Source: Candidatus Acidiferrum sp. (lineage in GTDB: Bacteria > Acidobacteriota > Terriglobia > Acidiferrales > UBA7541). From it: a DNA stretch of 64,000 nucleotides. The stretch lies in contig JBGOTL010000001.1 of NCBI GenBank assembly GCA_041476465.1, positions 25,724-89,723 of the forward strand, in the 5' to 3' direction. This document shows positions 18,619 to 28,068 of this stretch, piece by piece; position 1 is the first letter of the stretch; every line of letters starts with the position of its first letter. The position numbers and the translations under genes are program-made. The notes under the pieces are model-generated. The model saw nothing but the letters and a program-made list of their open reading frames with translations. It made no database searches and was not told the DNA's origin.

Positions 18619-21600
18619 CTAGAACTCGTACCGCAGCGCAAACTGCATCACCCGCGGCTGCGTCAGCAAGCTGGTGTACGCGCCAAAGCTGCTGGGGGAC
18701 TGCGTCAGCGAGGTCAGCAGCGACGAACCCACACCCTGGGCGTTAAAGCGTGTAAGGTTCGGCACGTTGAACACTTCCCAGCGGAACTGCAAGCTTTGGC
18801 TCTCGCGCGGCATTTTCCACCGTTTGCCAAGGCTCATATCCCAACTAGCGAAGCCATCCCCACGAAGTACATTGCGCGAGCCAACCTGGCCTGGTAGCGG
18901 CAGGGTAAAGTCATCTTGCGCAGCAACAGGGTCCGCGAAAACGCTGACACTACCGTTGCGCTTGAAGACGCCGGTCTTCGGCCTGCTTGTCATTTGCGTG
19001 ACGGCCGTAAGGAACCAATTCGTAGGCCAGCGCTGGCCGCCATCCACGCTGAAGGGGAAACCACTGGTCCAACGGGCCAAGCCGGAAAGCTGCCAGTTTC
19101 CGATAACAGCATTTAGAACTCCGCCCGCGTTGCGGCCCAAGGCGTGGCCCTTGCCGATGGGCAGGTCAGCAAGCCAGTTGAGGTTCATCTGGTGGGTGAG
19201 GTCAAAATCGGAAACCGCGCGGGCCAGGTTCGGGGAAAAGTCATTGGCCAGACGGCTTCCCACCAGGCCGATATTCTGATAGCCATAAACCGAAAAGCCG
19301 ACTCGCGACGCCGCGGAGGTGACATCAATGGACTTCGAGAACGTATAGTTGAAGTCAAATTGCAATCCGCGGCTGAACTGCTTCCTCAGGCTTACCTGCA
19401 GCGCATGATAGTCTGACGTGCCTATGGAGCTCCACCCGTACATGGAGAACGCCTGGTTGTTCAAGTATTTGCCGGACTGTTCAAATCCAGCGGGCAGGCC
19501 AGTCAATTGGCTGGGCGGGCCGGAGAAGAAGTAGGGTGTAGATGAGCTGGTGTCCCCCAACCCCCCGTAGGAATCAATATATGCCAGCCCTACAATCTCG
19601 TCGCCGATCACGGAAAGCGCGGGGTTGTAGTAGAGGTCGAACACGCTTTGAAGCAGGTCATCAGTGGCATTTGTCCCAGAAGCGGAGTGGAATCCAGTAA
19701 AGAGGTCCTCATATTGGGTAGCGCCTGGCCGGAGCGGCGCTATCATGTCCACCCAGTATTGAGAAGTTGGGCCAAGCGTCGCAGAAGTAACGCTGGAGAT
19801 ATCGGCCGGTGTGATGACCGACTGGTAGAAATTGGCGGTACCGCCAAGACCGTTGGCACGGTTGGCGGCAGCAAACTTCCTCGCCAGCGTTGACATCGCG
19901 CTTGCCGCTGCATAGTAGTCGATCCCGGTTTTGGGGTCCACGACATCCAGCGGCTGAGCTAGATCGCGTTGCGTGAGCAGCCGGCGGCCGAAACGCCCGA
20001 CGTAGGACACTTGCAACGAGAATCGGTTGGGCAGTTCGCGGCCGACGGAAAAGTCCACGGCATAGGCATGTGGAGTTTTCAGGGTGTTGTCATTAGCCCA
20101 CAAGTTTGCTTGAGAGTAGGAACCCGCTACCTGCGGGAAGCCTGCCGGAGGCGGATCGTTCAGGAATTGGATGGGGGCTATCGGAATCGGCGGGGTGTTG
20201 AACTTGGGGATGTCGTTGATGCCAGTCACTCGCGGCAGGTCCTCTGCTCCCGTCTGAGTAAATGTGCAGCAGGGATTCTGCAAGGTTGTCGTCAAACCAG
20301 CCGCACCGACTGAATCGGAGGTGTTCAGCAGAGCGAACCCCGCGCGGTCGTAGACGCGGCTGAAACCTGCGCGAATGACGGTCTTGTCGTTCTCGCCGAA
20401 GATCTTCTTGAACAGGCCGCTCTTAGGGCGAGGTGAAAACGCGATGGAGATACGCGGCGAGAAATCCGACTTTTCAAAGTTGTAAAAGCCAGGGCCGTGG
20501 TTTACGGGTCCACCGAGGTTGAAAGAGATCGCCGGCATTGAGGTATACCCCAAGCCTTGTTTCATGTTCTTGACGTTGGTATCGAACTGCGTTCCCAGGC
20601 CGAAAGTCGGAGCGGTCTGGAAGCCATTAAGCTCCCAAGGCGGAGGGAAGAGCGACCAGCGCAGGCCGTAAGTCAGTGTAAAGTTCGGTTTAATTCGCCA
20701 GGTGTCCTGTCCGTAGAATTCATACCAGTTGAGCCCATAGTTCCGTTTTACCGGATCGCCCTGGGGCTGCGCGATGCCGTCGCGGTCCAGGTTATAGTTC
20801 GCTACCACATCAGAAATCATGCCGTACAAAGCCAGCAGCGGTCGGTCGTACTGGGTTGCGTTCAGCGGTTCTGGAGCGTTGATGAGAGGATGCGCGCCGA
20901 CGTTTGTGGGATCCAGCGTGCTCGTGACGGTATAGGCGAAACCTATCGGGGAGGTCCAGTTGGTGGTGCCCAGGCCCAGATGCGAGGAGTGCAGATAGCT
21001 GGTGCGGGGATCGCGGGCCAGGCCAATCGCGGCCCCGAACTGGAAAGCATGATTCTTCTTGGTCCAGGAGAAATCATCCAGAAAGTTGTGCGTACTCACT
21101 TGGAAGCTGTGACTATAGGTGAAGCCTTGATCCAGCCCCAGAAAAGAGTTCCAAGGTTGATTGGTATTTCCATCGACGCCATAACTCTGCCGTGTGTATC
21201 CATAATGGAAGGAATTGGCGATTGTGGAGCTAAGAATGGCGGTGTAGCCGAGGGCAAACCCCTTGCTATGGTCCGCGGTGGTTTGCTCGGGTGCATCTCC
21301 CGGCAGGAAGGGAGCTCCCGGGTTTCGCAAATTTTGCACCGCGCCGCGCCAGAAGAGAGTGTGCTTGCCGTCGGAGGTGAGACGGTAATCCGCGCGCGCG
21401 ATGAAGACATCGTTGTCCAGGCTGGTGGGAGCGCGGAAAACGAAGCCGGCATAGTTCAAACCATCACCCGCGAAAAGATCGTTGGTCACGGTCTTACCCG
21501 TGCAGAACGTTTTGTCAAGATACCCGGTGTGATTCGTCAGGTCGAGCATGGCGGGATCAATCCCGATGGGGGTGGTCCCTGGGGGATAGTTTGCCGATTG

Positions 21601-22698
21601 ACTCCGTGGGTCGAGGTTGAGGAGATCGGTGGGTGTAAAGGTGACAAGATTACTGTTCGCGTCCAAGTACCGAAAGATTCCCTGGCAGAGAGAGGGCGTG
21701 GGAATAACGCGCTCCGCGCGCTGCTCCTCCCGCTCGCGAGTCCCTTCGTAATTGATAAAGAAAAACAGGCGGTCTTTGCGCAGCGGTCCGCCCACCGATG
21801 CCCCGAAGATATTGCGGTTCAGCCTTAGCGGCTTATTGGGAGCGCCAATGTTCAGCTCCGACTGTTTCACAAGGTAGTCATTGGCGCTGGTAATGGTGTT
21901 GCGCAAATTCTCATAGGCCGAACCGTGGAAGATATTCGTACCGCCTTTGGTGACCAGGGCCACTTGCGCTCCCGAACCTTGCCCCTGATCCGCTCCATAG
22001 TTGGTAGTGGTTACCCGAAACTCCTGAACGGAGTCCTGGGTAACCGGCAGAACAGAGGTAAACGCGTATCCATTGGACTGGTCGTTCACATCAACGCCAT
22101 CGAGCGTGACGTTGCTCTGATCGCTCCGCGCGCCATTCACGGATCCGTTGCGCGTATCCTGATCTTTGTCTGCAACACGGTTGCCCGTGTAGGCCACTCC
22201 GGCTTGCAAGCTCAGCAAATCCGGCACATTTCGGCCTTCCAAAGGAATTTGGCGCACCTGTGTTTCGTCAAAAGAATTTCCAATCGAGGCGTCCACCATG
22301 TTCAGCGCGGGTTCCTCCGAACTGACCGTCACCGTCTCCTTACTGCCGCCGACTTTGAGCTGCACATTCACCGTCACTGGTGTGTTCACCAGCAGTTGCA
22401 ATCCGGTCTGCTCGTATTTCTGGAAACCCGGGGCGGCTACCCCGAGTGTGTACGTGCCCGGAGGAAGAAATAGAAATTGATAACCGCCGTCGGCTCCTGT
22501 GGTGGCGGCACGTTCGCTCTTGGACTCCGGATTCGTGAGCGTCACGGAGGCCTCTGCAACATACCCGCCGGTACTATCGGTCACCGTGCCTCGTAACGAG
22601 GTAGTCGCTTGGCCCCAGCTGGAGCTACCCGCCAGCAAAAGCCCCAGAATCGCTACCGCCAACTTCCATTGAATGTTTCTTGTCTTCACAGTATTCAC
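18619..22698 (-). CDS. TonB-dependent outer-membrane receptor, Oar-like, with carboxypeptidase-regulatory-like N-domain
   Basis: Signal peptide, LRGTVTDSTG domain, plug (GARSDQSNVTLDGVD, SVQEFRVTT), C-terminal LRYEF; probable GTG start 22698 (the ORF track extends to 22857). Confidence 0.92.
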   Translation of the reverse strand: MNTVKTRNIQWKLAVAILGLLLAGSSSWGQATTSLRGTVTDSTGGYVAEASVTLTNPESKSERAATTGADGGYQFLFLPPGTYTLGVAAPGFQKYEQTGLQLLVNTPVTVNVQLKVGGSKETVTVSSEEPALNMVDASIGNSFDETQVRQIPLEGRNVPDLLSLQAGVAYTGNRVADKDQDTRNGSVNGARSDQSNVTLDGVDVNDQSNGYAFTSVLPVTQDSVQEFRVTTTNYGADQGQGSGAQVALVTKGGTNIFHGSAYENLRNTITSANDYLVKQSELNIGAPNKPLRLNRNIFGASVGGPLRKDRLFFFINYEGTREREEQRAERVIPTPSLCQGIFRYLDANSNLVTFTPTDLLNLDPRSQSANYPPGTTPIGIDPAMLDLTNHTGYLDKTFCTGKTVTNDLFAGDGLNYAGFVFRAPTSLDNDVFIARADYRLTSDGKHTLFWRGAVQNLRNPGAPFLPGDAPEQTTADHSKGFALGYTAILSSTIANSFHYGYTRQSYGVDGNTNQPWNSFLGLDQGFTYSHSFQVSTHNFLDDFSWTKKNHAFQFGAAIGLARDPRTSYLHSSHLGLGTTNWTSPIGFAYTVTSTLDPTNVGAHPLINAPEPLNATQYDRPLLALYGMISDVVANYNLDRDGIAQPQGDPVKRNYGLNWYEFYGQDTWRIKPNFTLTYGLRWSLFPPPWELNGFQTAPTFGLGTQFDTNVKNMKQGLGYTSMPAISFNLGGPVNHGPGFYNFEKSDFSPRISIAFSPRPKSGLFKKIFGENDKTVIRAGFSRVYDRAGFALLNTSDSVGAAGLTTTLQNPCCTFTQTGAEDLPRVTGINDIPKFNTPPIPIAPIQFLNDPPPAGFPQVAGSYSQANLWANDNTLKTPHAYAVDFSVGRELPNRFSLQVSYVGRFGRRLLTQRDLAQPLDVVDPKTGIDYYAAASAMSTLARKFAAANRANGLGGTANFYQSVITPADISSVTSATLGPTSQYWVDMIAPLRPGATQYEDLFTGFHSASGTNATDDLLQSVFDLYYNPALSVIGDEIVGLAYIDSYGGLGDTSSSTPYFFSGPPSQLTGLPAGFEQSGKYLNNQAFSMYGWSSIGTSDYHALQVSLRKQFSRGLQFDFNYTFSKSIDVTSAASRVGFSVYGYQNIGLVGSRLANDFSPNLARAVSDFDLTHQMNLNWLADLPIGKGHALGRNAGGVLNAVIGNWQLSGLARWTSGFPFSVDGGQRWPTNWFLTAVTQMTSRPKTGVFKRNGSVSVFADPVAAQDDFTLPLPGQVGSRNVLRGDGFASWDMSLGKRWKMPRESQSLQFRWEVFNVPNLTRFNAQGVGSSLLTSLTQSPSSFGAYTSLLTQPRVMQFALRYEF

Positions 22699-23074
22699 CC
22701 CTGCTTTCTCTTGGAGTGCCTTGGAACCGGCTGAGACTACCAGCAGGGCAGCGTGCATTTTCAATTCCAGGATCGGGGAATTCGCAAACGACGGAGGATT
22801 CGTCAAACAAAAAAGCTCGGCGCTGAATTCCCGACCCCGGAACTTGCCAAAGGCCAACCCTGCTATAATTCAGCAAACTCAATGGCACGAACCTACTTTG
22901 CTTTGCCGCGCGTTGTCAAGAGCGAAACGCCGGGGCAAAACTGAGTTTCAGAATGCCGCGAATCAAAATTCCATCGCGCAGATCGAGGCAAATAATTCCC
23001 ACGAGCGTCGCGTAGTTCTCCCCCTGGCTTGTCTTTCTAATGTAGCTGGTCCTGCTGATACACTACACGGCGAG

Positions 23075-25570
23075 ATGAGCGAAATATTTTGCAATGTGGC
23101 TCTGCCGGTGCCGCTGCGAACCACCTTCACGTACGCGGTGCCGGAGGCCCTGCGCGCAACACTGCAGCCGGGGAGCCGCGTGCTTGTCCCGTTTCGCAAA
23201 AAAGCGCTGGTCGGCGTGGTGGTGGAGATGGCGGAGCGTGCGCCGGCAGGGACTCTCAAGATCCGCGAAGTCATCAAAGTTTTGGACCTGATCCCCACGC
23301 TGACGCAGAAACTCATCGAGCTGGGGAACTGGATCGCCGGATATTATCTGGCCCCGGTGGGCGAAGCGTTTCGAGCGATGCTGCCGCCGATGACGGAGTT
23401 GAAATTGCAGCGGCAAATTGTGCTGACGGACGCGGGGCGGGCGGCTGTCGAGAATTTGGGCGGCGGAGAACTGGAGCACGGGCTCGCGACGCGCGAGGCT
23501 TCGTTTCTGGCAATGCTTCATGCGAATAAGGGCATGCTGCAGGCTGCGTCTGCAGGAAAAGTCGGAATCGATGGTGCGGCGTTGCTGAAACTCCAGCGGC
23601 GTGGGCTAATTGAAATTCGCGAGAACGTGCTGGGGAGGAAACGCAAAACGCACGTGGTGGTTGCGTGGAAAGGCGGAGGCTCACTTGAAGTGCAAGAGAG
23701 ATCGGCAAAGTCGGGAGAAAAAGTTAACGCAGAGGAACGGAAGACGCAGAGAGAAGCAAAAGTAAGAGAATTATTGGAGACGGAGCGCGGGCCATTGCCA
23801 GTGCCGCAATTACTGAAGCTGGCGCAGGTTTCCCGCGCGGTGATCGCGCGGATGCTGCGCGATGGCTTGCTGGAAAGTTGGGAGGAGCGCATCGATCCGG
23901 CGGAAGATCCTTTCGATGCCGGTTATGTTCCGCCGGCGCATGAATTGAATGAAGAGCAGGAGCGGGTGATCAAGGCGATTCGCGCGCGATTTGAGCTGGG
24001 CGAATTCGGCGTGCAGCTATTGCACGGAGTTACCGGAAGCGGGAAGACGGAAGTATATCTGCGCGCCGTGCAGGAAACTTTGGCGCGCGGGAAAACGGCC
24101 ATCGTGCTGGTGCCGGAGATTGCCTTGACGCTGTGGATCGGGCGGCAGTGCCGCGGCTGGTTTGGCGCGCGGTTTGAAGGCGTAGCGGTGCTGCATTCGG
24201 CGCTGAGCGACGTGGAGCGCGCGCGCGAATGGTGGCGCGTACGGAATGGCGAGGCGCGCGTGGTGGTGGGGACGCGCTCGGCGGTATTCGCGCCGCTGGA
24301 AAATGTGGGGCTCATCATCGTGGATGAGGAGCAGGAGAACAGTTACAAGCAGGAAGAGACGCCGCGCTACAACGGGCGCGACGTGGCCATCCTGCGCGCG
24401 AAGCTGGAGGGAGCGCTGGCGCTGCTAGGCTCGGCGACGCCATCGCTGGAGAGCTATCATCATGCGCGAAGCGGGAAATACGAATTGCTGACGATTGCCG
24501 CGCGCGTCGAAAACCGTTCGCTCGCGAGCGTTGAAATTGTCGATCTGCGCGAGGAGTTCCAGAAGACGCAGCAGACCAGCCCTATCTCCGCCGCGCTGCA
24601 TGCGGGAATTCAAGAATGCCTGGCGGCCGAAACGCAGGCGCTGGTGCTGATCAACCGGCGCGGGTATTCCTGGTCCGTGCTGTGCCGCAGCTGCGGCGCT
24701 TCGGTGCAGTGCGTGAACTGCAGCATTTCGATGACTTACCACAAGCACCGCAATCGCCTGGAGTGCCACTATTGCGGATCGCTGCAACCGGCGCCGAAGC
24801 AGTGCCCCAAATGCCAGTCGCAATATGTTTATTTTTTTGGCGAGGGCTCGGAGAATCTGGAAGAGCGGCTGCGCAAAGAATTTCCCGGGGCGCGCATCGC
24901 GCGGCTGGACCGGGATACTGCCAGGACCAAGCGGCAGTATCAGGAGATGCTGGGCGCGTTTGCCAGCGGCGCTCTGGATATTCTAGTGGGCACGCAGATG
25001 CTGGCCAAGGGGCACGACTTTCAAAAGGTGACGCTGGTCGGCGTGGTTTCCGCGGACTCCTCGCTGAGCATGCCGGATTTTCGCGCGGCGGAACGCACCT
25101 TTCAATTGCTGACGCAGGTGGCGGGCCGCGCGGGGCGCGGCGATTTGCAAGGGCGCGTGCTGATCCAGACGTTTTATCCGGAACATTACGCGATTCAAGA
25201 CGCCGTGAAACAAGATTACATTTCGTTTTTTGAACGTGAGCTGCACTTCCGGCGGACCATGGCGTACCCGCCGTTTACTTCGCTGGCGAACGTCATTGTG
25301 CGGGATACCAGCCTGGAGAATGCCATTCGCTGGTCGCGACAGCTATCGGAATACTTCTCTCCACGCGATGGAAAGGACGCGCGGATTCTGGGGCCTGCAA
25401 CGGCCCCGCTGGCGCGGCTAAAGAAGGAGCATCGCTTCCAGTTTTTGCTGAAGTCTCCGAAGCGCTCGGTGTTGACGAAGCTGCTGAGCGGAGCCATGGC
25501 CTATTGCGATGCCAAAGAAATTCCGCAGACCGCGGTGCTGGTGGATATGGATCCATTGAGTTTGATGTAG
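23075..25570 (+). CDS. priA: Primosomal protein N'
   Basis: LHGVTGSGKTEVY, DEEQ, two CxxC zinc-knuckle pairs, GTQMLAKGHDF; start moved to ATG 23075. Confidence 0.97.
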   Translation: MSEIFCNVALPVPLRTTFTYAVPEALRATLQPGSRVLVPFRKKALVGVVVEMAERAPAGTLKIREVIKVLDLIPTLTQKLIELGNWIAGYYLAPVGEAFRAMLPPMTELKLQRQIVLTDAGRAAVENLGGGELEHGLATREASFLAMLHANKGMLQAASAGKVGIDGAALLKLQRRGLIEIRENVLGRKRKTHVVVAWKGGGSLEVQERSAKSGEKVNAEERKTQREAKVRELLETERGPLPVPQLLKLAQVSRAVIARMLRDGLLESWEERIDPAEDPFDAGYVPPAHELNEEQERVIKAIRARFELGEFGVQLLHGVTGSGKTEVYLRAVQETLARGKTAIVLVPEIALTLWIGRQCRGWFGARFEGVAVLHSALSDVERAREWWRVRNGEARVVVGTRSAVFAPLENVGLIIVDEEQENSYKQEETPRYNGRDVAILRAKLEGALALLGSATPSLESYHHARSGKYELLTIAARVENRSLASVEIVDLREEFQKTQQTSPISAALHAGIQECLAAETQALVLINRRGYSWSVLCRSCGASVQCVNCSISMTYHKHRNRLECHYCGSLQPAPKQCPKCQSQYVYFFGEGSENLEERLRKEFPGARIARLDRDTARTKRQYQEMLGAFASGALDILVGTQMLAKGHDFQKVTLVGVVSADSSLSMPDFRAAERTFQLLTQVAGRAGRGDLQGRVLIQTFYPEHYAIQDAVKQDYISFFERELHFRRTMAYPPFTSLANVIVRDTSLENAIRWSRQLSEYFSPRDGKDARILGPATAPLARLKKEHRFQFLLKSPKRSVLTKLLSGAMAYCDAKEIPQTAVLVDMDPLSLM

Positions 25571-25580
25571 TGGCGGGATC

Positions 25581-25604
25581 CGAAACACGAAATACGAAAT
25601 ACGA
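25581..25604 (+). repeat. Heptamer tandem repeat (CGAAAYA)x3
   Basis: CGAAACA-CGAAATA-CGAAATA-CGA directly after the priA stop. Confidence 0.75.
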
Positions 25605-25689
25605 TGGGATCTCACCACAGAGGGCACAGAGTGCTCGGGGGAAGCGCAAGCGTCTGCTGGGTAACAAAACAGCCCCCTGTACCCACCCC

Positions 25690-25980
25690 CGGTGTTTTTA
25701 CCAAAGAGTGCGCAATGAAATGAAAACAAAGGGCTTGGTCTGAAGACAATTGCAAAAGAGTGCGCACAAGAGTGCGTAAGAGATTGATTCTAAAGGGTTG
25801 AGAGAATGCAAAAGAGCGCGTGATTGCAAAAGAGTACGCAAATGTATCAAGAGAAATGAGTTAAGGGCAAAAGAAGCAAGAAAAATAGTTACCAAAATAT
25901 AAATAGGAAAGGAGATGAAGCGGTTAGTTAGATGTCTCCATGGGTAACTATAACACAGGGTAACTATGTGTCAAGAGGAA
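25690..25980. repeat. Purine-rich, internally repetitive intergenic element
   Basis: Five AAGAG(T/C)(G/A)CG units at 25704, 25756, 25768, 25812 and 25830, plus TGA(AAAC/TTCT)AAAGGG units; much more AT-rich than the flanks. Confidence 0.65.
25942..25974 (-). promoter_or_regulatory. Leftward sigma70 promoter with direct-repeat operator
   Basis: Minus strand TTGACA(25974-69)-N16-TATAGT(25952-47) with extended TGn; GGGTAACTAT repeated at 25942 and 25958. Confidence 0.6.
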
Positions 25981-26139
25981 AGCGCACTTGCTTGCTGCAT
26001 CCACTTTCCGTGCGGGGAGCGTCACCCCGTTACTTGCGAATCATAATGGGCCTGCCATTCGCTGGGCTCTGGTATGATGTGCTCCTGGCAAGGCAGTGGA
26101 GCCGCCAGTCAAGTTCTAGAGTATGAGGACATTCCTCCA

Positions 26140-26349
26140 ATGATTTTTCATGTTTCGCTTGAAAAAGCAGAAGACGGCTGGATTGTGGCGCAGTGCCCAG
26201 CCCTGCCCGGATGCATATCGCAGGGACGAGATGAGAAGGAAGCGCTGGAGAACATCAAGGAAGCGATCACCGCATGGTTATGGGCCGAGGATCAGAAGGC
26301 GGTGAAGGCCCTGGGGCCTGATCGCACGCCGGTTGTTGTAGCTGTTTGA
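26140..26349 (+). CDS. hicB: Type II TA antitoxin, short HicB family
   Basis: GWIVAQCPALPGCISQG.DE.EALENIKEAI; 69 aa, no DNA-binding domain; start moved to ATG 26140. Confidence 0.9.
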   Translation: MIFHVSLEKAEDGWIVAQCPALPGCISQGRDEKEALENIKEAITAWLWAEDQKAVKALGPDRTPVVVAV

Positions 26350-26364
26350 CGGTTGCGAGAGCAC

Positions 26365-26586
26365 ATGGGACGGCTCGGCAACATTTCCGGTAAGGAAGCG
26401 ACGAAAGCATTCGGCAAGGCGGGCTGGCAGATCATGGGGCAAGTGGGGAGTCACGTGGTACTGACGAAGGCTGGTGTGCGGACGAATCTTTCGATTCCGC
26501 AGCACAAGGAGCTTTCGACCGGAACGCTACGGGCGCTGATTCGAGCGGCGGGACTGACGGTTGAGGAGTTTGTGGAACTTCTTTGA
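26365..26586 (+). CDS. hicA: Type II TA toxin, HicA family mRNA interferase
   Basis: GWQIMGQVGSHVVL, IPQHKELSTGTLRALIRAAGL. Confidence 0.9.
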   Translation: MGRLGNISGKEATKAFGKAGWQIMGQVGSHVVLTKAGVRTNLSIPQHKELSTGTLRALIRAAGLTVEEFVELL

Positions 26587-26641
26587 AGACGCGGGGCAGG
26601 CCATCCAAATTCGTCTTAGCGCGTTAAAGGTGCGTCACATT

Positions 26642-26851
26642 CCACGCGAATTCTTTTTATCGAATTATCGCTCGGCCACCCATCGTGAGGTTGCTTAGTT
26701 CGTTCTCACTCCGGTCGGTTCTTCGCGCGAAGTTGACTCTAAACCCGCATGATTCGGTTATGCTTACCACAAGCTCCTTTGAAAAATCAGCCCGCAAAGG
26801 GTCGCCACGCGCCACGCGAATTCTTTTTATCGAATTATGGATCGGCCACCC
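26642..26851 (+). repeat. 40-bp direct repeat pair, 170 bp apart
   Basis: 26642-26681 vs 26812-26851, 38/40 identical (CCACGCGAATTCTTTTTATCGAATTAT..TCGGCCACCC). Confidence 0.85.
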
Positions 26852-26977
26852 GCCAAGAAATCTCCTGCTGGCTGGAATTGGGGGACCGCTAACTTCTGGA
26901 TTGATTCATTTTCGCTCCAGAGATCAAGGTTGTTAGATCTGGAGTGAGCCTCTACAATCAGGCCAACAGGTGATCAA

Positions 26978-27898
26978 ATGAAGGGGCTTCCTCCAATGCT
27001 TCGCCGCGCGCACATATGGATGCTCACCATCCTGATGTCGCTGACGGGTAGCGTATACCCTCAGGCTCCGAAGCCCACTCCACCAGTTTTCCCGGCATCT
27101 GACGACAATTTGGCGCAGCTTGTCAGGATTCTCCGCGCGAAGGCAAAGACTCTCGCAAGCGCTTCTGGAATGCGGTCGGGCTTTCAAGCGTTCATATCCG
27201 CACACAAGCTGCCGCCCGAGAGCATCCGCTATTCGGACTACGTCGTTGTGCGTTTGTTGTTTGAGGCGACCAGGGATGCAGGCTTCTGGAATCTCCATTG
27301 GGACATCACCGACCAACCGCCGAATTCGGACCGTATCTGGCGCCAATGGAAAAACGACCGCAAGCCATCGGCCGTGGAATCCACGGCCACCGCGGAGTGC
27401 GATGAACTCTCCGCGCTGTACGCGTTTCTTGTGGAGCGCGTCGGCGTCAAGAGTGTCGGACTGTTTTGGCCTGCGGCGAATCATACGGTTGCGGTTTGGG
27501 TGGTGCGCCCAACGGGGGGCCCCGTCGTTCGCGTGGTTGTGCCCACATCCCAGATCTTTCTCGATGAAACCGACCGCTTTGACACGAAGAAGTTCGATCC
27601 GTGGCGTCAGAAGACGATTTACGAATACACGCGCCGTGATGTTCCCGACACGTACGAACTTCCCAAGCCGCTCTTCGAGTTCTTGCTCCGGCAAGTGGAC
27701 AAATACGGAGGCGCTTCCGACATCACGCTGCAACAACTGCGCTATCTGCGCGAAGGCGTTTTTCTACGAACGTGGACTCCCGAGCAAGCGGCTCGTGACG
27801 CGCTGAAGAAACGGAGCGCCCTCGGTTCCGGACCGGCAGAAGACCTCTCGGCCTTTTGGAATTTCGCGGAGGACATGCGCTCCGGGCCTCTTCACTAA
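26978..27898 (+). CDS. Secreted hypothetical protein, possible transglutaminase-like Cys protease fold
   Basis: Signal-like N-terminus; ECDELSALYAFLVERVGV and NHTVAVW resemble the catalytic Cys and His segments of the transglutaminase core. Confidence 0.6.
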   Translation: MKGLPPMLRRAHIWMLTILMSLTGSVYPQAPKPTPPVFPASDDNLAQLVRILRAKAKTLASASGMRSGFQAFISAHKLPPESIRYSDYVVVRLLFEATRDAGFWNLHWDITDQPPNSDRIWRQWKNDRKPSAVESTATAECDELSALYAFLVERVGVKSVGLFWPAANHTVAVWVVRPTGGPVVRVVVPTSQIFLDETDRFDTKKFDPWRQKTIYEYTRRDVPDTYELPKPLFEFLLRQVDKYGGASDITLQQLRYLREGVFLRTWTPEQAARDALKKRSALGSGPAEDLSAFWNFAEDMRSGPLH

Positions 27899-28033
27899 AT
27901 GCCAGGTGCCCGCCCAAGGCGCGAGGCAACTCTGGAAAATCCAGGCGAGTCCAATTTACAATACTGATTTTGGTCCGAATAAGATGGTCCCTTTCAACAC
28001 CCCGAGGGGCCAACTGGCGTATGCCGACAAAAT

Positions 28034-28057
28034 GCGGGGCTAAAGCCCCACCCCTAC
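28034..28057 (-). repeat. REP-like hairpin (GTAG family)
   Basis: Minus strand GTAG-GG-GTGGGGC-TTTA-GCCCCGC. Confidence 0.65.
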
Positions 28058-28068
28058 AAATACTGAAT

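Noticed and set aside
22882-22901. Sigma54 promoter TGGCACGAACC...TTGC upstream of priA
   Set aside because: GG-to-GC spacing is wrong (not N10).
22673-23074. N-terminal extensions of priA and of the TonB-dependent receptor in the ORF track
   Set aside because: They overlap each other head-to-head across the divergent promoter region; homology-like sequence starts at 23075 and about 22698.
25698-25895. 65-aa hydrophobic ORF as a type I toxin
   Set aside because: It is the pyrimidine-rich antisense reading of the repeat element, with a TTG start, no RBS and atypical composition.
25945-25954. I-CeuI homing endonuclease site (TAACTATAAC)
   Set aside because: Only the first 10 bases match; explained by the promoter/operator repeat.
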